A stretch of DNA of 32,000 nucleotides, taken from contig NZ_CP006867.1 in NCBI RefSeq assembly GCF_001481685.1, forward strand, positions 960,001 through 992,000. The letters are read 5' to 3'. Below are positions 17,737 to 26,272 of this stretch, piece by piece; the stretch's first letter is position 1, and every line of letters begins with the position of its first letter. A program made the translations under genes and the position numbers. The notes beneath the pieces are model-generated. The model was not told the origin of the DNA and searched no databases. It was given only the letters and a program-made list of their open reading frames with translations. The stretch is from Ignicoccus islandicus DSM 13165. GTDB taxonomy: Archaea > Thermoproteota > Thermoprotei_A > Sulfolobales > Ignicoccaceae.

Positions 17737-20700
17737 ATGGAGTGCGGACCTCCAGCAAAGAGATTGCCGAGCATAACTGGTAAGGACACCGAGGCCGTCT
17801 TGAAGGAGCTATGGAAGAACGGACTTAACGTGCGGAAGGAAGTAGAAGAGCAAGTGAAAGCGTTCGTAGAAATGGCGAGGAAGAGCAACGAAACGGTCTC
17901 AGCGTTCGTTATAGGCGAATGGGGCGAGGGGAAGACCAGCGTCTTCGACGGATACGTGAGGGGCTTGGCCAAGGACTTCTGTCTACTAAGCGTTTCAGCT
18001 AGGAGAATAGTTGATTCTGTAAGGAGACTCAGGGCCGGAATGGGGCACTCGTCGGCATTGATCTTCGCCTCAGCGTTGTTGCACTCGATTTCAATGGAAG
18101 GAGAGGAGAGGGGAGAGAGCCTAGTAGATCCTTACAAAGGCGAGCCCCTCCACGAGTACTCCAAGAAGGCTTTGGATCAGTTGTTCGGCAAATGTGGTAA
18201 CAAAAAAGTAATAGTGTTCATAGATGAGTTCGAAGAAATAGTTTCGCCCAAGAACAAGGACGTCGTTAGCGAGGTCCTGAACGGATTGGTCGAACTGATT
18301 AATGGCGAGTATGGATACTTGAGCGAGAAGTATCCCGGAAGGCTCCACTTAATGGTAGCTTTAACTCCCTACGCCTACGTCAAGGCCCTAACCTTAGCTA
18401 ACATAGACGAGAGCCTGAAAGGTAGAACGGAGAGGAGACTGCACTTCAAGATAGAGCTCAGGCCCTTGAGTAGGGTAGAGGCCTTTAACCTAGCTAAGGC
18501 TATCTTGAACTTCGCCTTCGGAGAGGACTTCAGTCCATTCCCATACCAATTCCTCAATACTCTCTATACCATAGCGCAAGGCAATCCGGGGGCGTTAACG
18601 AGTCTCTTAAGGGTAGTATTGAGCCACTTGAGCGAGGGTAACTGCACTAGGTACACTAAAGACCCATACGAGCTAATAGAGGTGCTCTCTAACACTACCG
18701 TCTTCACCTACGTGGGATCGTCTAAAGCAATAGACAAGTTATACTTTGAGAGAATATTAACCTCTATAGCGAGAAATGAGGCGGAACGTAGGGCGGTGGC
18801 CACAGTAGCTGCTTACTACTACCCCCTCACTCTAAAGGAGATGAGCGATCTCGGAGGAGTGCCCGTGGAAGTAATTGAGACGTTGGACCAAAGGGCCTCC
18901 CTATCCTCAACACCTCTCTTAGAGAAGTTCTGGAGGACCGACGATTACTCCAAGGCCTTTATGGTAATACTTGAGAGCTTGAGAAACGTCTTCACTGAAG
19001 GGGACGAGGAGGAGTTTAGGAAGATCATTGAGGAACTAACGTATCCGAAAGGTGAGTCTAACCAATTCTTCCTGGTAATACCTGATGAGAGCAGCGCGGA
19101 GATCTTGGAGGACATAATAGGCGAAAGGAGGCTCATAGGGGATATAACCAAACTAGCTTCGTATTTGAAGAAGAAGTTGGAAGAGGCTGGTATTAAACTG
19201 GAAGAGAGCTACATGCTCTCGCGTAAACACGCCATAAACTTGTATCCCCCGCCTGCCGTTAGCGCAGCCTTCTTCATAAAAGATCCTCAAATGAGAGCTA
19301 AGGCGTGGAAGGATGCCCTCAACGCCGTGAGTAAGGGAGACGTGAACCTAGACAAAGCGTTGGTAGACATGTTGCTAACGGCCTTTCAAGGCAAGCACGT
19401 AGGCAAGATGGTTACAGTGAAGGTGCCAACGCCGTCTAAGCAAGTTCCGGTTACCGTTTACCCCAAAGCAGTACTCTTCCGAGATATAGAATTGAGGAAG
19501 ATAGCGGAGGAGGCTAAGAGGGAAGGTGCCAACGTACTCCTAGTTCTGACTAAGAGCGATATCGCAAACGAGATAGAGGACCTATTGAGCACTTCCGATA
19601 TAGATTACTTCGTTATAGGCGCTAAGGACGTAAAGGTAATACAGCTAGCTGTTTACTCGATTTACTCTTCTCCTGAAAAGAGGGACGTAATAGATCCCGA
19701 GAAGGTTCAAATGTTCTTAAAGAGAATAAGCGAGGAGTTGGGTATAAGGGAAGCGCTCGAGAAGTGGGCCGAGAAGGCGTACAAGGAAGGCATAATAGTT
19801 GACGACTTGCCTAGGATATCCGGTGCCTCTGAAGAGAGTATTGCTGAGGCCTACACCTTCTACTTGGCCTATCCATCAAATGAAATGACGACGGAAGAGG
19901 TGTTTGAGCACGTAGTGAAGACTGTTAGGAAGTTCATGATATACGGCAGAGGATCCCGTAAAAAGGTTCCCTTCAGTACGGGTATAGACGTGGAAAGTCC
20001 CTCCATGTTAAAGAGGTTCGAAGACGATTTAGTTGCAGCAGGCCTGTTAGAGAGAAGGAATGGGAAGCTTAGAATAACCATGAGCAAAGTAGAGAAGAGA
20101 ATACTAAACGAGGTTAAGAAGAGGGGCAAAGCCCCTTGGAAAGCTATAGAAAAAGAGTTCATATTAGTTGCAAACAACAAGAGGATACTTAGCGATTTCT
20201 ATTTAAAGATATTGGAAAAGAGGGGATTGGTGAGAGTAGAGAGGAGGGGGAACGAGCCCTATTTAGTGGAGCTCGTGGAACCATCGATAATAGCATCCGA
20301 GTTGGACGCTCAAGCGAACAAGCTCGAGGACTTGTGGAACAAGAACGGATACAAGTGGAGCACCTATGCCCACATAGTAGTCTCAAAGAAGAAGGAAGAC
20401 AACTTAATACTGTTGGAGGAGGTGAAGGACTACGTCGAGAAAGGGGCATTGGAGCTTAGAAGGGAGAGCGACGCCTACGCTATAGCCAGGAGAGCCACGT
20501 TCTTACTGAACTTAGGTAAGTACCTGGAGCATCAGCTAGTTCCAGTAACTAGGAAAGCGTATGAGGAAGCCTCCAGGTTGATTGATTCGTACGATAAGAA
20601 GATTGACGAATTCAAGACGAAGCTAAGAGCAGTTACCAATAAGACCCTCAGCGTTGCCAAAATACCGACCGTATCTCCCAGCGAGTTCGAAGAGGTAGTG

Positions 20701-21903
20701 AGGCTTCACGAACTCATGGAGAAAGCTGTGGACATTGATTCAAAACCCTTACCAAAAGACGTGATGAATAGATTAGTGGCGGAAATGAGAGCCAACGGCA
20801 TCCTCCCAGATCTATTCTACTTCGAGAAATTCTACGATCAGAGGTCTTGGGCACTAGCGGATTTCTTTAACTTAAAATATCACTTAATTAAAGAGAAGAC
20901 GAACGAGTTAGATCGCTTGCTCAGAACCTACGAGGACTACTTAAGGGAAGCTGAGAAGTACCTTAATAGAATAGAGAACAAGGAAAGGGAAGTAGTTACT
21001 AGACTGGAAAGCTTGGCTTCCGGGGGCTTCAATACTAGGCTGAGCTCAATAGCTTATTCGTGGTTGAAGGAACTAATTGTAGGCGAAGGAAGGAACTTCT
21101 CGAAGATAGCTCTCTCGTTAAAGGATCTAGTGGAAATGCTAAGTGAAGTAGAGAAGAGCGTCGGCGTGTTCGACGACAACGTCTTAGCTATCCTAAAGAT
21201 GTTGGATGAGCTTAAGGACGAGGAAGTGCGATTTCACCGCAACTTGGCGTACCTCAAGCTCTGGTATCAATTCCTCTCCTCCTTCTACGATAGGAACGAA
21301 GTAGGCAAGGAGCTGGACCTATTGAAGCGCAAGATAAGCGAACTGGAGAGCTCCTACAGGAAGATTTCGGATGACGAAAGGGAGCCCAATAGCTTAGCGG
21401 ACTTGAGTACGGTATTGAGGGCTCTAAGGAGAAGAATAGCGGAGCTGAATTCCGAAGTTGAGAAGTTGAAGGGAAGCGCTAGGGAACTCCATGAGGCGAA
21501 AATGAACGAACTGATTGAGGATTTAAGGAGCGTGAAGAAAACTATAAACCTATTAAAGAAGCTAGATCCGAAGGCAGAAGTACCTAAGGCCATATTGAAC
21601 GTCGAAATGAAAATAAGGAAGCTCGCTGAGAGCGCTCCAACGTCTATGGACGAGAACGCGACTTATTCCAAGCTAAAAGATCAGATAGAGAAATTGAAGA
21701 CTTACGTTAAGGTAAACGTAAAGAGCGTGTTGAGCGAGAAGGAGGTATTAGCGCTGGAACTAGTTAGTAGAAAGAAGGAATGGAAACTCAATGAGCTCAT
21801 AGGGGAACTCGAGGGAGCTGGCGTGAAAGGAGAGGAAGCGCTCAAAATCATTCTATCCCTTCAGAACAAGGGACTGCTCGAGGCCCTAGTGACGGTCAAG
21901 TAA
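17737..21903 (+). CDS. Giant (1388 aa) P-loop NTPase (KAP/STAND/BrxC-like architecture) with wHTH-like and C-terminal coiled-coil regions; function unknown
   Basis: Walker A GEWGEGKT (nt 17914-17937); Walker B VIVFIDEFEEI (about 18208-18240); sensor-like VALTPYAYVKAL; wHTH-like ILSDFYLKILEKRGLVRVERRGNEPYLVEL; long C-terminal Lys/Glu heptad-rich region. Confidence 0.85.
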   Translation: MECGPPAKRLPSITGKDTEAVLKELWKNGLNVRKEVEEQVKAFVEMARKSNETVSAFVIGEWGEGKTSVFDGYVRGLAKDFCLLSVSARRIVDSVRRLRAGMGHSSALIFASALLHSISMEGEERGESLVDPYKGEPLHEYSKKALDQLFGKCGNKKVIVFIDEFEEIVSPKNKDVVSEVLNGLVELINGEYGYLSEKYPGRLHLMVALTPYAYVKALTLANIDESLKGRTERRLHFKIELRPLSRVEAFNLAKAILNFAFGEDFSPFPYQFLNTLYTIAQGNPGALTSLLRVVLSHLSEGNCTRYTKDPYELIEVLSNTTVFTYVGSSKAIDKLYFERILTSIARNEAERRAVATVAAYYYPLTLKEMSDLGGVPVEVIETLDQRASLSSTPLLEKFWRTDDYSKAFMVILESLRNVFTEGDEEEFRKIIEELTYPKGESNQFFLVIPDESSAEILEDIIGERRLIGDITKLASYLKKKLEEAGIKLEESYMLSRKHAINLYPPPAVSAAFFIKDPQMRAKAWKDALNAVSKGDVNLDKALVDMLLTAFQGKHVGKMVTVKVPTPSKQVPVTVYPKAVLFRDIELRKIAEEAKREGANVLLVLTKSDIANEIEDLLSTSDIDYFVIGAKDVKVIQLAVYSIYSSPEKRDVIDPEKVQMFLKRISEELGIREALEKWAEKAYKEGIIVDDLPRISGASEESIAEAYTFYLAYPSNEMTTEEVFEHVVKTVRKFMIYGRGSRKKVPFSTGIDVESPSMLKRFEDDLVAAGLLERRNGKLRITMSKVEKRILNEVKKRGKAPWKAIEKEFILVANNKRILSDFYLKILEKRGLVRVERRGNEPYLVELVEPSIIASELDAQANKLEDLWNKNGYKWSTYAHIVVSKKKEDNLILLEEVKDYVEKGALELRRESDAYAIARRATFLLNLGKYLEHQLVPVTRKAYEEASRLIDSYDKKIDEFKTKLRAVTNKTLSVAKIPTVSPSEFEEVVRLHELMEKAVDIDSKPLPKDVMNRLVAEMRANGILPDLFYFEKFYDQRSWALADFFNLKYHLIKEKTNELDRLLRTYEDYLREAEKYLNRIENKEREVVTRLESLASGGFNTRLSSIAYSWLKELIVGEGRNFSKIALSLKDLVEMLSEVEKSVGVFDDNVLAILKMLDELKDEEVRFHRNLAYLKLWYQFLSSFYDRNEVGKELDLLKRKISELESSYRKISDDEREPNSLADLSTVLRALRRRIAELNSEVEKLKGSARELHEAKMNELIEDLRSVKKTINLLKKLDPKAEVPKAILNVEMKIRKLAESAPTSMDENATYSKLKDQIEKLKTYVKVNVKSVLSEKEVLALELVSRKKEWKLNELIGELEGAGVKGEEALKIILSLQNKGLLEALVTVK

Positions 21904-22398
21904 CTTAAGGAGCTCTTCCTTACCATCGCCTTCCGAGAACTCCAATATAGTTCTGAAGTATCGCTTGGTTTTCTCGTTCGCTTCTAAGTAGACCGCTCCC
22001 GCCCCTGGTTGACCGTATATTATTATCGTTCCGTCGCTAGCGAGCATTAAAGCTGGGATAGCTAGTAGGTCCTCTTCGCCCTCTACTAGAACCCATAGGT
22101 CCTCCTTCAAAGCCCTTTCAATAGCCTTAGCCGCCTCTACGCACACGAAGCCGGGCGGGTTCCGAACTACTACGAAGCTTCTCAAGAACTTCAAGTTAAC
22201 CCTTACTTCCCTCCTGGTCTTCCCGTCTACTATCGCTACGAGGGGCTCTATTCCCCTTTCCAAGAGGGTTTTGGTGCTCACGTCCCCCACAGTTACTACC
22301 TTTCGTCCATCAATCGCTTCTATTAGGTCATCCGTATTATGGAACAGTATTCCTTGGGGTGCAGCGAGTAAGTACCTTATTTCCTTTGGGAACCTCAC
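21886..22398 (-). CDS. GTP-dependent dephospho-CoA kinase (DUF359 family)
   Basis: VVTVGDVSTKTLLERGIEPLVAIVDGKTRR, VVRNPPGFVCVEAAKAIERAL, VEGEEDLLAIPALMLA...IIYGQPGAGAV. The listed ORF starts at 22539, but a GTG at 22398 overlaps the upstream Spt4 stop (GTGA), a more natural start. Confidence 0.85.
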   Translation of the reverse strand: MRFPKEIRYLLAAPQGILFHNTDDLIEAIDGRKVVTVGDVSTKTLLERGIEPLVAIVDGKTRREVRVNLKFLRSFVVVRNPPGFVCVEAAKAIERALKEDLWVLVEGEEDLLAIPALMLASDGTIIIYGQPGAGAVYLEANEKTKRYFRTILEFSEGDGKEELLKLLDRH

Positions 22399-22604
22399 TC
22401 CGAAGCAGACACTTCCACTGCGTACCTTCCCGGTTTCTTCAAGTACTCCGTCTTTCCTATCAGCTCCGATTCCTCTGAGATTATTATTACTACTCCGTCC
22501 CAGTTCTCTGTTATTTCCGTGCTCCCGCAGTACGGACACCTCTCAGTTCCCCTAGGAAGTAAAGCCTTGCAATTCATACACGCAACGAAGGGCTTCCTTC
22601 TCAA
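22395..22604 (-). CDS. spt4: Transcription elongation factor Spt4 (RNA polymerase subunit E'')
   Basis: ACMNCKALLPRGTERCPYCGSTEITENWDGVVIIISEESELIGK. Confidence 0.92.
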   Translation of the reverse strand: MRRKPFVACMNCKALLPRGTERCPYCGSTEITENWDGVVIIISEESELIGKTEYLKKPGRYAVEVSASE

Positions 22605-23134
22605 CTTCCGTTACCTCCATCCTCAATCTTACCTAAGTACGGTTGTCTCATAGTAATTCCTATCCTAACTTCGTTAGCGTAGCTCACTTGCACTATCTTA
22701 CCCCTGACTTTGTCTCCTTTCTTTATTCTAATCTTAGTCCTCTCGCCAACCATGCTTCCAGTTGCTGGATCGTAAATGAACCTATCATCTCCCAGTTGCG
22801 ACCTATGTGCGAAAGCGTTTATTGGACCGATGTTCACTTCCACACCGGCCTTGGGATTAACGTTATCTACTATTCCCTCTACAACTTCGTGCCTCAAGGG
22901 CACGAAGGCTATCAAACTGAACTCTACTTCGTGATAGGTCGCGCCGTCTCCGGGAAGTATGTATCCTTCTTCCTCTATCTTTACGTCCGTAACGGTTAGC
23001 ACTATTCCGAGTTCCCTATCAACGGTCCCCTCGTAATCTTCCCTTAGGATGTCTAGGGCCACTTTCTTTAGATCCTCACCGAACCTCTCAGGAGGTATCC
23101 TAACGACGTCTTTGAACTTGTAGATTCTATACAA
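22601..23134 (-). CDS. rpoE: DNA-directed RNA polymerase subunit Rpo7 (E')
   Basis: MYRIYKFKDVVRIPPERFGEDLKKVALDILREDYEGTVDRELG...FSLIAFVPLRHEVVEGIVDNVNPKAGVEVNIGPINAFAHRSQL...IRIKKGDKVRGKIVQVSYANEVRIGITMRQPYLG. Confidence 0.95.
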   Translation of the reverse strand: MYRIYKFKDVVRIPPERFGEDLKKVALDILREDYEGTVDRELGIVLTVTDVKIEEEGYILPGDGATYHEVEFSLIAFVPLRHEVVEGIVDNVNPKAGVEVNIGPINAFAHRSQLGDDRFIYDPATGSMVGERTKIRIKKGDKVRGKIVQVSYANEVRIGITMRQPYLGKIEDGGNGS

Positions 23135-23178
23135 GCGCTTTACCCCCTCAACGATCTACCCGTAAAAGTAAAATAATT

Positions 23179-23535
23179 TCAAGTCTTAGTTAGCTTCTCC
23201 TTGAGTTGCAAGGTCGAAAGGAGGGCTACGATCAATATTATTAGCTCCAAGAACAAGTGAGGTACCCATAGTCTCGGTAGCTCGCCATAGGGAGTTATTA
23301 CGCTCCTGGAAACCCTTCCCGCGTTGAACCAAGCTACGGAGCTCAAGATCAAGTAGCCTTTGGTCTCGTTCTTCCCCAAGCAATATAGCGAGACTGCATA
23401 TAACGCTAACCAGAAGACGTTTTCGAAAAACAAGAATAGTGGGAATTGCTTAATGACGCCAACGAGGTGCGCTAGATCAATAGCTACGTAGTTAAGCATG
23501 AGAAACGCGACTAAGCCTATCAACGCTTTCTTCAA
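23179..23535 (-). CDS. Small membrane protein of unknown function (118 aa)
   Basis: Hydrophobic segments IGLVAFLMLNYVAIDLAHLVG, FLFFENVFWLALYAVSLYCLG, LFLELIILIVALLSTLQL. Confidence 0.6.
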   Translation of the reverse strand: MKKALIGLVAFLMLNYVAIDLAHLVGVIKQFPLFLFFENVFWLALYAVSLYCLGKNETKGYLILSSVAWFNAGRVSRSVITPYGELPRLWVPHLFLELIILIVALLSTLQLKEKLTKT

Positions 23536-23611
23536 ATTAACACCCTAAGGAAAGGCCTCTCCGGGGAAATTACTATACTTTTCTCACTGCTCCGCGCTTC
23601 CGTCTCCGGTA

Positions 23612-24493
23612 TTGGAAATGAGAACGCGCGTACTGTTATTGTTCCTAATAGTACCCCTTTACGCGATCTCCCTCAAACCTCTTTGGAGCTTCCAGACGGG
23701 GGCGCTCGTTTCGGGAATAGCACCCGGAGAGAAGTACTTGGGCGTGTCCTCATGGGACGGATGCTTGTACTTCCTCGACCTAAGTGGTAAGATGTACGAG
23801 AAGATATGCCTCGGAAGCGACGTTGAAGACGTGGATTACCTAAACGGCACTTTCGCCGCAATAACGCTCGAAGGAAAGCTAGTGTTCGTTAACGAGACGA
23901 CGTTAAAGGTCTATAGGGAATTAAACGCAGGCCCAGAATTCTCTTTTGTGGTAAAGTTGTTGCCTAATGGAACGTTAGTTTGCTTAGAAGGATGCAAGTA
24001 CTTAGATAAGGAAGGTAACGTTCAATGGGTTTCCCATCTAGGTCACGTCGCTAAGAAGCCCGCGTATGCCTTTGGATACCTCTACGTTCCAACGTGGGAC
24101 GGTTACCTTTACATAGTAAAGGACGGTAAGGTCCTTAACAAGATTTCGTATTTAGAGAGGGTTTGGGAGGTCAGTTCATGTGGAAAGGAGCTCGCAGTAA
24201 GCACCGATAGCGCTGTATACCTTTACAACCTAACCGATCCGATCAAACCTTCGCTTGAATGGAAGGTAGACGGCTTCGAGGAGGCTTGGTCGGTTAGCTT
24301 CTCAAAGGATTGCTCTATGCTTGCAATTGCCGATGCGTGCTCTAAATTAGTAACAATAGTTGATTCCAACGGCCAAGTTCTATTAAAGAAGGGCTTCGAT
24401 GAAGGCGCCTCAACTATATATTTCAAGGGGAACTTGCTGATACTGGGCTCGAGCATAGGAAGGGTCGTAGCCTTCGAGCTCTCTCCTAAATAA
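23612..24493 (+). CDS. Exported beta-propeller (PQQ/WD-like repeat) protein
   Basis: Signal-like MRTRVLLLFLIVPLYAISLKP; repeated blade-like segments LGVSSWDGCLYFLDLSGK, AFGYLYVPTWDGYLYIVKDGK, LAVSTDSAVYLYNLTD, LAIADACSKLVTIVDSNGQ, LILGSSIGRVVAFEL. Confidence 0.75.
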   Translation: MEMRTRVLLLFLIVPLYAISLKPLWSFQTGALVSGIAPGEKYLGVSSWDGCLYFLDLSGKMYEKICLGSDVEDVDYLNGTFAAITLEGKLVFVNETTLKVYRELNAGPEFSFVVKLLPNGTLVCLEGCKYLDKEGNVQWVSHLGHVAKKPAYAFGYLYVPTWDGYLYIVKDGKVLNKISYLERVWEVSSCGKELAVSTDSAVYLYNLTDPIKPSLEWKVDGFEEAWSVSFSKDCSMLAIADACSKLVTIVDSNGQVLLKKGFDEGASTIYFKGNLLILGSSIGRVVAFELSPK

Positions 24494-24520
24494 CCTCCTC
24501 CAAGCGTTAATTGACCGCGG

Positions 24521-24856
24521 GTGATCCTCATGGAAAGTTTATTACCGAAAATAGACGACGTATTGGAGGTTTACTCCTCATTTATTGAGAGGGAAGACGT
24601 AGATTCCGCAAATAGGTTCCTAGCGAGCTTGTGTTCCACCATAGCCTTCGCAGTGGCTTCGGGGAAATTAGACGAGGAAAAGGCGAGGAGTTACCTAGAG
24701 GAACTTAGGGAAAAGGTAGTTGAAGGACCCGGAATGTTGAACCCATACGTTTTCGGTCTGCTTGGAGACTTAATAGAGGACCCCAAAGACATAAACAGGA
24801 TAAAGGAGAGGCTAATCCAAATTTGGAGCATGGACGAACTAGGCTTGGAGGACTAG
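24521..24856 (+). CDS. Hypothetical helical protein (111 aa)
   Basis: ORF in a coding gap directly after 23612..24493, same strand. Confidence 0.5.
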   Translation: MILMESLLPKIDDVLEVYSSFIEREDVDSANRFLASLCSTIAFAVASGKLDEEKARSYLEELREKVVEGPGMLNPYVFGLLGDLIEDPKDINRIKERLIQIWSMDELGLED

Positions 24857-24918
24857 GGGCGCTTTTCCAAAACTCGTTCTGACATCGAACTCGGTTCGAG
24901 CGTCCCCAACTTTTTCTT
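24856..24918 (+). terminator. Candidate hairpin plus T-tract terminator
   Basis: GGGG at 24856-24859, internal CGAACTCGGTTCG, CCCC at 24904-24907, then AACTTTTTCTT. Confidence 0.3.
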
Positions 24919-24999
24919 ACAGTTATCCATTGAAGAATCATTTTCGACCTCACTATTTAAGCCCCACTGTGCGACTACGATAGCATTGGTACAGATGAG

Positions 25000-25401
25000 A
25001 TGCCTTGCCCGTGGTTCAAGGACGGTATGTGCCATAGCCCGAAAATAGGTAAGCCGAGCGCCGCTATAGTTAACAAGAAGTGCACGTCCGATAACTACGA
25101 GGAATGCAAGTTCTACGTTCCTCCGGAAGCGACAGATAAGGGCTTGAGCGCGTTCGTATCGGAAGAGAGGAGCGAGGAGAGCTTCGAGGAGAAGTACAAA
25201 CCTTACAAGTTAATCCACGCGTCCCCCTACAAACCAGAAAGCAAGTGCCCTCACTTCGAGGTCATGAGGGGCACGGACGGTAAGTGGTACGCGCTCTGTA
25301 AGGTCATGGACAGACTCTTAACCGTAGTTGAAATGAAGTTGTGTGAACACCATTGGAAGACGTGTCCGTTCTATAAGAACGCAGTTAAGCTCTTGAGTTG
25401 A
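25000..25401 (+). CDS. Cysteine-rich protein of unknown function (133 aa)
   Basis: MPCPWFKDGMCHSPK...CTSDNYEECKFY...CPHFEV...ALCKV...CEHHWKTCPFY; paired cysteines suggest a metal or Fe-S site. Confidence 0.7.
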   Translation: MPCPWFKDGMCHSPKIGKPSAAIVNKKCTSDNYEECKFYVPPEATDKGLSAFVSEERSEESFEEKYKPYKLIHASPYKPESKCPHFEVMRGTDGKWYALCKVMDRLLTVVEMKLCEHHWKTCPFYKNAVKLLS

Positions 25402-25404
25402 GGA

Positions 25405-25600
25405 GCCTAGTAGCACCAAGAACCCTTTAGGACGGGGAGGTTCGGGACTGCATCCGTTTCGTTCAGCCCGGGCTGGGTCTCCAGCCCATTACCTAATCCC
25501 CATGCGAGGGGACTCGGGGTTACGATGTGATGATTTGCGCGGGAACGAGGCCGGGGAGGACAAACAACAAACAGATGAACGTAGTCTGACATAAATTCTA
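25405..25600. ncRNA. GC-rich intergenic block, candidate structured ncRNA (strand and identity unresolved)
   Basis: Hairpins GGGCTGG-GTCT-CCAGCCC and TCCCC-ATGCGA-GGGGA; a perfect C-box GTGATGA (25527-25533) with a downstream GATGA and CTGA (25586-25589). No plausible protein on either strand. Confidence 0.4.
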
Positions 25601-25727
25601 GAATATTCCTTCGATACTTGGGAATTCCATACGAAGCGGTACTCGCAGTGGCACTCTTCTGTAGTCCCCAGCCTCGCCCTGTACAGACTGGAGCGTTCCT
25701 AGCTTGAATTTGTATATTCTCCCTCCC

Positions 25728-25742
25728 CGCTTTTTAAAAGCG
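25728..25742 (+). promoter_or_regulatory. Palindromic A/T-core element in the mobB promoter region
   Basis: CGCTTTT-T-AAAAGCG, a perfect 7-nt inverted repeat around a TATA-like core, 20 bp upstream of the mobB start codon. Confidence 0.4.
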
Positions 25743-25762
25743 AGGCCTCTGGGGTATACCTA

Positions 25763-26272
25763 ATGGTGGCGGGGCTAGTAGTTCAAGTTGTAGGCTTTAA
25801 GAATTCGGGAAAAACTTCTCTGATTGAAGGAATTATAAGGGAGCTGAAAACGTTAGGAATCGAGCCGAAAGTAATTAAAACAACCCATCACTTGCTAGAG
25901 GAAACTGACGCTGGAGATACGAGAAGGTTCTTGATAGCGGGGGCTAGGGAAACGGTACTGTTGACCCCAAACGGGATTAGGTATCAGAGCTCTATACCTA
26001 GGAAGCTGGAGGAAGTAGTTGAAGAATTGGACGGGTTGGTAATAGTTGAAGGCGGAAGGGAGGTCAAGAGGAGGGAGTGGGTCGGAGTAATTGTAATTAG
26101 AAGGGAAGGTGAGTTGAGGGCCCTAATGAGGCCCAGGACGATAGCAATAGTGAAATCGGGGAGAGATTTCAGTAGGGAAGCTAGACACTTGGCCAGAACT
26201 ATAGCGGCCATGTACAAGGCTCAGCTGTCCCATGCCGCTTTCACCGCTCAACACTCGGCAAACTCCTCATAG
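25763..26272 (+). CDS. mobB: Molybdopterin-guanine dinucleotide biosynthesis protein B-like GTPase
   Basis: VVQVVGFKNSGKTSLIEGIIRELKTLGIEPKVIKTTHH...DTRRFLIAGARETVLLTP...ELDGLVIVEGGR. Confidence 0.85.
   Translation: MVAGLVVQVVGFKNSGKTSLIEGIIRELKTLGIEPKVIKTTHHLLEETDAGDTRRFLIAGARETVLLTPNGIRYQSSIPRKLEEVVEELDGLVIVEGGREVKRREWVGVIVIRREGELRALMRPRTIAIVKSGRDFSREARHLARTIAAMYKAQLSHAAFTAQHSANSS

Noticed and set aside
22271-22999. Plus-strand ORFs (94 and 118 aa) over the rpoE/spt4/DPCK cluster
   Set aside because: Antisense to three confidently identified conserved genes.
24856-24910. tRNA-like GGTTCGAG followed by CCCC
   Set aside because: The T-stem and acceptor stem do not pair, there is no D-arm or anticodon arm, and total length is about 52 nt; more like a terminator hairpin.
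25407-25592. 61-aa minus-strand ORF in the long intergenic gap
   Set aside because: No recognisable domain, Arg/Pro/Ser-rich, and it covers GC-rich hairpins; better explained as a non-coding region.
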